From the NCBI GenBank assembly GCA_963678315.1, contig OY782781.1:2592001-2656000 (forward strand): a stretch of DNA of 64,000 nucleotides. The letters run 5' to 3'. Below the pieces are notes generated by a model that ran no database searches, was not told where the DNA came from, and worked only from the letters and a program-made list of their open reading frames with translations. Shown piece by piece: positions 59,301 to 64,000 of the stretch (within the stretch, counting starts at the first letter, position 1; every line of letters begins with the position of its first letter). The DNA is from Candidatus Cloacimonadales bacterium (lineage in GTDB: Bacteria; Cloacimonadota; Cloacimonadia; Cloacimonadales; JAFGVF01). Position numbers and translations under genes: made by a program.

Positions 59301-62300
59301 CCAGTTCAGTCGATGCAAGCAATCTACCCGTTCCATCACTAACTGAGATAGTGATAGTTTCTCTTCCAACCCAGTCAGACGGAGCTTCTAACTCCGCTTC
59401 CAAACCAGTAATTTGACTACTTATATGTTGATTACCAGCTATAGTTATGGTAAGTAAAGATAATCCTTGTTCAGGATCGTAAACATGATTTGATAGATCA
59501 ATAACACTAGTCGTATTTTGTAACAAGGTTATTTCTTCTGGTAAATCAAAAATAACAGGTGCATCAGAAACTGCGTTTACTGTAACCTGTATTGTATCTT
59601 GTGCAATACCTTGGTGATTATCGTTTGCAATTATTATTAAGTCTGCAATTCCAAACCAGTCTTCGTCAGGAACTATGCGGAGATTTCCGTTATTATTACT
59701 TACACTGAGATTATTGTTGGTATAGAAACTATATGCAAGATTATCTCCATCTTCATCAGTGAACCAATCATTCAGAACTAATGTTTCATTAATAGTATCT
59801 TCATTAAAAGCAATATCTGGCATAGCTGCCACTAGCTCAGGAATACTATTATCAACTGTAACATAGTTTTCTCTGATAAGCTCATGAGAAATGCCATTCT
59901 CATTGATAACTTTTAATCTAATACTATATGTTCCTCTTTGGTTATAAACATGCGTTACATCTTCTTCAAAACTATCCACTTCTCCATCATTTTCGAAATC
60001 CCATTCGTAAGAAATTATTTCCGTACCATCTGATGTTTGAGATAGATTATTGAAGGCAACTTCAAGTCCTGTATAGCCTGTTAATGGGCTTCCACTAAAG
60101 TTAGCAGTCACTAATCTTTCAAGAACTACCATGTTAAGGCTAATAACTTTATTAGAAAGTTCTGGATCGTTAGTTTTAATTACTAGATTATTATTGTATA
60201 TACCCTGGTTAGTATCAAAACTATTTATGTCGAGTGTTATAGTTTGACTATCTCCTGCCTGTATTGTGCTATTATAATTTCCACAACTTAACCAACTTGT
60301 ATCATCAATAGTTATTGATTGAATAATCAAATCACTACCCCCTGTATTTGATACAACAAAACTTGTCTCTGTTGTTTCGAAACGAGGTATAGATATACTG
60401 ATATTTACAGAAGATGTTTCGATTTCAGGAGCAATGGTTGAGATTCCATGTAATGAAACTTCTTTGACTGGAGTTTCTGGATCATTTGTCTCAATTTCTA
60501 ATACCGCATTCAAAATCCCTGCTTCTTGAGGGTTATATGTCAGCATAATTGATTCATTTGCACCATTCAATACTAATTCTGGGTATGAATCAATGCTTAC
60601 ATAATCAGAATTTACTGTAATATTTGTTATTTCTAACGGAGTAAATCCATCATTTGTAAGCTGAATATTTTTACTTCTAGGATAACCAATATATGTGCTA
60701 AAGAAATCTAGACTATTTGCAATTACTATACTTGGAGTATCAGTAAGAATAGAGAAATTAACTGAAGCTTCATCTTGTTTTATTGAAGTTTCAAAATCAT
60801 AGATTTCAGTTAGTACAGTATAATCACCTATAGCTAATGTTTCAGGAATTGGTATTTCATAATTATTAACAAGAGGACTATTCGATGATAACTCATGTAA
60901 GTTACTAATTTGTGAAACTACATTTCCTTCTACATCCATAATTTTTATTGTTTCAGTTACTTCCTGATTATATACTCTACTTGTCAAGCTTGTACTTAAG
61001 CTAATGGTTTCTGATGGATAGTAGCTTGAGCTGTCAAGACTAAGATTACTAATTGCTGCATTGTAAGGTATTTGATTCAATTCAAGTTGTCCCCAATTAA
61101 TCCTTGAAGTACCACTTGAAGTATTATTTACATCTAATTCAATTTGTATATTGTTTGATACATTTTCTCCTAGATTAATAATATCTGAATCAACCATAAA
61201 TTCAGTAATTGTATTTCTATTGGAAGCCCCAATAAGATTACCCACATAATTACCATTTAGGAATACATAATCAACTTCATTACTATCTATATCATAAGCA
61301 CTTATCCTTAATTTTGCATAGTTTACTTCTGATTCATTTGTATAAATAATAAACTCAACAGGAGCATTTACATCATTTGAACTAATATCTTGATTGAGGT
61401 CATTATCAGGGTTTGCTACAAAACCATTTCCAGCATTGTCAGAATCAGTGAAATTCCAATTTGAATGATTCAAGGTTGCATGTATTGTAACAACTTCATT
61501 ATCTGGGTCATTGCTATTTACAACTATATTCTCATACAAACTTCCATAGTCCAATTCTCTTGTGTCAATTGTTACTGTAATTAGTTGACTTTCACCAGGG
61601 CTCACGTTTGCAGTAACAGGATTAAAACTCAACCACGGAATATTAAGTGTTGCTTGACTAAATGAATAAGATAACTCTGCATTACCAGTGTTCTGAACAA
61701 CAAAATCATCATAGTTCAATGTATTATCAAGGATAGACCAATATAAATAACTCTTGTTAACATTTATTATTGGAACATTTAAACCTTGTCCATATAGACT
61801 AATATTCTCACTTGTGCTATTTGTTGCATTACTTGTTATTGCAATATTTGCAGTAATTTCTCCAGCTATTGAAGGCTGATAAGTAACATTAACATTAGCA
61901 TAAGATCCAGGTTGAATATTTAAAGTATGCTCAGGACTTGCATTTGTGCTAGAAACAAAATCTGGATGATCTATTTCAATTCCATTTATTCTGAGAATAC
62001 CAGTTCCTTGATTATATATTTTGAAATCTTTGATTAGGTTATCACCAATATTTACATCTCCAAAATTAAGACTAGTTTCTGATAAAGCTATTTCAGCTTC
62101 AGCAACAATAGCCTGTCCTTCCAGATTCACATTGATTTGACGATTATTAATATCATTACTATTTACCGTTAGAACTCCTTCTTTACTACCACTAGATGTT
62201 GGTGTAAAGGCAATTGAGAATGTTTTTTCATTCCCTGCTTGAATATTACTTGAAGAAGGATAAACAGTAAACTCTTCATTATCTATCATAATGGAAGAAA

Positions 62301-64000
62301 TTTGTAAAACGGAACTACCATTATTGCTAATAGTTAATGTTTCCACACTTGAGTTACCGATTAAAGTAGGACTATACTCGATTGTTCTGTTTTCTATTGA
62401 AATTGCAGGAGAACCAGTTACAATTAATTGAACTGGTATTACTTTTGTAGATTCTAATGAATTGTTATCAATCACTATATTCGCATTATAAGTACCAGCA
62501 TATAATTGTTCAGCTGAAATATTTATGTTTATAGTTTCACTAGTACCACTAGCTAACTCTCCTTCAGTTTGATCAATATTTATCCAAGTACTAGTGTTAA
62601 CATTATTTCTAGCTGTATTCAAGGATTGCCTAATCTCAGAATTAACAGAGATATTGTAATCAAGCATCCTATCACCAACATTTGAAATAGTTAAGTATTT
62701 AATCTCACTCTCACCAAAAGTTAATGATGAAGTTAAATTCTCTTCAGACAAACTAATTATAGGAGGATTATATCCGATTCCAGTTAAAGAAACTTCATAA
62801 TTTCCAGCATTGGTTTGAATATGCATAATAGAATTAAAATCACTATTACTTGATGGTGTAAAGCTAACATCTATGTTGTCAGATGAACTTGAGCTTATTA
62901 CAAGAGATGTTGTAGTTGAAGTAAACTCATCAACATCACCACTAAAGAATACATTTTCAATATTTAATTGGTCATCACCACTATTCTCAACATTAACTTG
63001 GTATTCAACTGTTTCATTAACAGCTACTTCTCCAAAGTTATGATTTTCATCTGAAACTTGAGCAACAGCTTGACCAGTTACATTCATTGAAGCATTGATT
63101 AAAGATATTGGATTTTGAGGATCGTTAGTTAATACTGAAATAGTACCGCTATATTCTCCACCAAATATATTATTGGCATCCATGGTAATATCAACATCGA
63201 CAAAATCTCCAGCTTGAAGAGAAGCTGAAACTACATTAGTTGATAACCAAATGCCATCATCAACCTTAACCAATGGACCATTCAAATCTGATATCCAAAA
63301 ATCTTTACCATCGTTTGTGAATGAATAAATTATTGAAGTATCATAATATTCCTTTTCTTGAATAACCAGTATTGAATGATTGGCTAAACTAAGTTGTACT
63401 ATATTACCACTAGTATAACTAGAGTTTTCAAGAGTGTTTCTGATGCCCCATAGCTCTTTACCTGAATATTGCTCTACCCAAACCAATTGACTTACACAGT
63501 CGCCAATTGCAGCACTGTATGTGTCAATTATAGATCCACTATGGTCTATTCTATAAATAGTTGTATAATAATCATCACTGAAGGATTTAGTTACAATAAA
63601 GTAATTACCATCAAATGTGATCGCTGGAGAATAATTGAATGGGCATGTAAAACTTCCAATTGGAAGATTTGCCTCACTATTTAAACTTTCAATATTATAT
63701 CCAAAAACATTTCCTGATTGACTACCAACCCAGAAATAATCACCATCATAAGCAATACCATAAGGCTGTGTATGAATTGGGTAGCTTTGAACTATTGAAG
63801 AATTTTCAACATCATATTTTATTAAAGTACCAGCCTCAGCGCCATTTGTAACTACAACAAATAAATATCCATTTAACCAATATATTCCAGAATTAAAATT
63901 TGGTATTCCAGTAAATGAATCATTGTAATCACCAATAAACCTACTATTATCATAATCATTAACTAATTCATCAATTGGTAAAGATACATAATTTTGAGAC
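56353..64000 (-). CDS. Giant secreted/surface protein (5' partial): propeller-like region, multiple choice-of-anchor-D/ASH-type Ig domains, PKD domains, cadherin-like domains, right-handed beta-helix
   Basis: Repeated N.G...L.I...TNDP Ig modules; PKD motifs WDFENDG (x2) and WDFGDG; EDT...APV cadherin-like units; SPCIDAGNP. I translated the frame by hand from 63486 to the window end and found no stop. Confidence 0.9.
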   Translation of the reverse strand, partial: SQNYVSLPIDELVNDYDNSRFIGDYNDSFTGIPNFNSGIYWLNGYLFVVVTNGAEAGTLIKYDVENSSIVQSYPIHTQPYGIAYDGDYFWVGSQSGNVFGYNIESLNSEANLPIGSFTCPFNYSPAITFDGNYFIVTKSFSDDYYTTIYRIDHSGSIIDTYSAAIGDCVSQLVWVEQYSGKELWGIRNTLENSSYTSGNIVQLSLANHSILVIQEKEYYDTSIIYSFTNDGKDFWISDLNGPLVKVDDGIWLSTNVVSASLQAGDFVDVDITMDANNIFGGEYSGTISVLTNDPQNPISLINASMNVTGQAVAQVSDENHNFGEVAVNETVEYQVNVENSGDDQLNIENVFFSGDVDEFTSTTTSLVISSSSSDNIDVSFTPSSNSDFNSIMHIQTNAGNYEVSLTGIGYNPPIISLSEENLTSSLTFGESEIKYLTISNVGDRMLDYNISVNSEIRQSLNTARNNVNTSTWINIDQTEGELASGTSETININISAEQLYAGTYNANIVIDNNSLESTKVIPVQLIVTGSPAISIENRTIEYSPTLIGNSSVETLTISNNGSSVLQISSIMIDNEEFTVYPSSSNIQAGNEKTFSIAFTPTSSGSKEGVLTVNSNDINNRQINVNLEGQAIVAEAEIALSETSLNFGDVNIGDNLIKDFKIYNQGTGILRINGIEIDHPDFVSSTNASPEHTLNIQPGSYANVNVTYQPSIAGEITANIAITSNATNSTSENISLYGQGLNVPIINVNKSYLYWSILDNTLNYDDFVVQNTGNAELSYSFSQATLNIPWLSFNPVTANVSPGESQLITVTIDTRELDYGSLYENIVVNSNDPDNEVVTIHATLNHSNWNFTDSDNAGNGFVANPDNDLNQDISSNDVNAPVEFIIYTNESEVNYAKLRISAYDIDSNEVDYVFLNGNYVGNLIGASNRNTITEFMVDSDIINLGENVSNNIQIELDVNNTSSGTSRINWGQLELNQIPYNAAISNLSLDSSSYYPSETISLSTSLTSRVYNQEVTETIKIMDVEGNVVSQISNLHELSSNSPLVNNYEIPIPETLAIGDYTVLTEIYDFETSIKQDEASVNFSILTDTPSIVIANSLDFFSTYIGYPRSKNIQLTNDGFTPLEITNITVNSDYVSIDSYPELVLNGANESIMLTYNPQEAGILNAVLEIETNDPETPVKEVSLHGISTIAPEIETSSVNISISIPRFETTETSFVVSNTGGSDLIIQSITIDDTSWLSCGNYNSTIQAGDSQTITLDINSFDTNQGIYNNNLVIKTNDPELSNKVISLNMVVLERLVTANFSGSPLTGYTGLEVAFNNLSQTSDGTEIISYEWDFENDGEVDSFEEDVTHVYNQRGTYSIRLKVINENGISHELIRENYVTVDNSIPELVAAMPDIAFNEDTINETLVLNDWFTDEDGDNLAYSFYTNNNLSVSNNNGNLRIVPDEDWFGIADLIIIANDNHQGIAQDTIQVTVNAVSDAPVIFDLPEEITLLQNTTSVIDLSNHVYDPEQGLSLLTITIAGNQHISSQITGLEAELEAPSDWVGRETITISVSDGTGRLLASTELDIQVIDSYNVQFEADLIDILGGQEIQFTDLTVGNHNYWEWDFENDGFIDSYEQHPTYIYNFSGVYSVSLTVKYIDENDVVVDSGFETIDDYISVEGTGIPGAEYAGSWELINSPYNVYGEVSITNNLEIESGVVINFLEDTNFLVSGSLVADGVTFDVYDESREVTKWQGFKFLSSDTQSHLSNCTIKNAEKVFEITNSSPTLEHITIEGSGSLLPAIKLYGNSQAVIDDIDISGYGSAMDIRGDSSDEIPIMTNVRVRHTTNTRPVESFAVKLEKSNINISDLLVEGFDQGIIIKGDVDSAPVLTNVRVRHTTNTRPLDSYAVKILGRSAPHFTGLYVDDYADPIILGTEDDVVPVLTNVRIRHTTNTRELGNTAVKLSPNQKVIVDSLHVENYKYGIFCDNSEGNIKPLQHFKNVVIEKDHNLVFEESAGFKFIGKMDLEVSNLEVVNMNDGINIYSDEEIAPVLTNVRVRHTTNTRQYGSYGVKMIGKIKATIDTLNVKDCEKGIYYENTNSSDVYISYLRKANISLTTGDYPSNFVGIELHGKMKLYIENSDIVDVTNGIEIYSDEEIAPVLTNVRVRHTTNTRENTGTGIYLTEGVNALVRDCTIEGFNTGLMVNSVNTSDIYNNSIIGNYTAFSLSASGCTPSIHNNHIENTSNMNGPCFNTTAISGIDIMNNNILGYNNIVYGEDSVINLSQNIIWNSSLSNNNLSSGTNLSTSFEYNDISMESGIAQGLGNINSDPMFDTSIPDSYMLTVYSPCIDAGNPNNPYDNDDSIADIGMNYYHHLAEYNSDRRFTTVGESIGFTNLSEGHDLQETSVTWDFGDGTISHERNPYHTYNNVGIYTVTLTMETGLITDVLFREGFTVNQSIPLEAPNNMQISFENGNPSISWDPVSEDINGDSVVNPNYLVYCCDDPSGIYEYKANVLTTNWIDSNPLDVDKTRFYFVIAFSSGARESLDEFIRTHRYMTRNGLVVKKKLK
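57538..58551 (-). repeat. Five intragenic copies of P(V/I)(L/M)TNVR(V/I)RHTTNTR
   Basis: Copies at 58507-58551, 58351-58395, 58192-58236, 57865-57909 and 57538-57582. Confidence 0.95.

Noticed and set aside
63469..63851. Plus-strand ORFs or a frameshift at the start of the giant gene
   Set aside because: The minus-strand frame continues uninterrupted to the window edge.

Overview
AT-rich bacterial chromosome segment. The secreted-protein architecture resembles Candidatus Cloacimonadota/FCB-group anaerobes (inference only). Positions 1-38.2 kb are mostly housekeeping: lptF-lptG-lysC-metG, a SpoIID/LytB protein, nifU-nadE-TPR-ribD, a GH38 alpha-mannosidase with an unusual sugar ABC importer, glnS, tRNA-Leu-tig-clpP-clpX, gmhA, iorAB, DUF523/DUF1722, a flippase, nitrilase, a dGTPase-like HD protein and trmB. 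Three intergenic clusters of REP-like palindromes and short tandem repeats lie at about 18.0-18.8, 31.2-32.1 and 38.3-38.5 kb. Positions 38.5-55.8 kb form a minus-strand cyclic-nucleotide signalling block with two operons. The first is SiaB kinase - SiaC - class III adenylate cyclase - two SiaA-like PP2C sensors, i.e. a SiaABCD-type partner switch with an adenylate cyclase in place of the diguanylate cyclase SiaD. The second is an ABCG-like transporter - two stand-alone cNMP-binding proteins - a twin-cyclase/STAND-ATPase/TPR protein. Upstream of both is a giant surface protein (>2,500 aa, running off the window) with a five-fold conserved TNVR(V/I)RHTTNTR peptide. All calls come from reading motifs by eye; no database searches were run.
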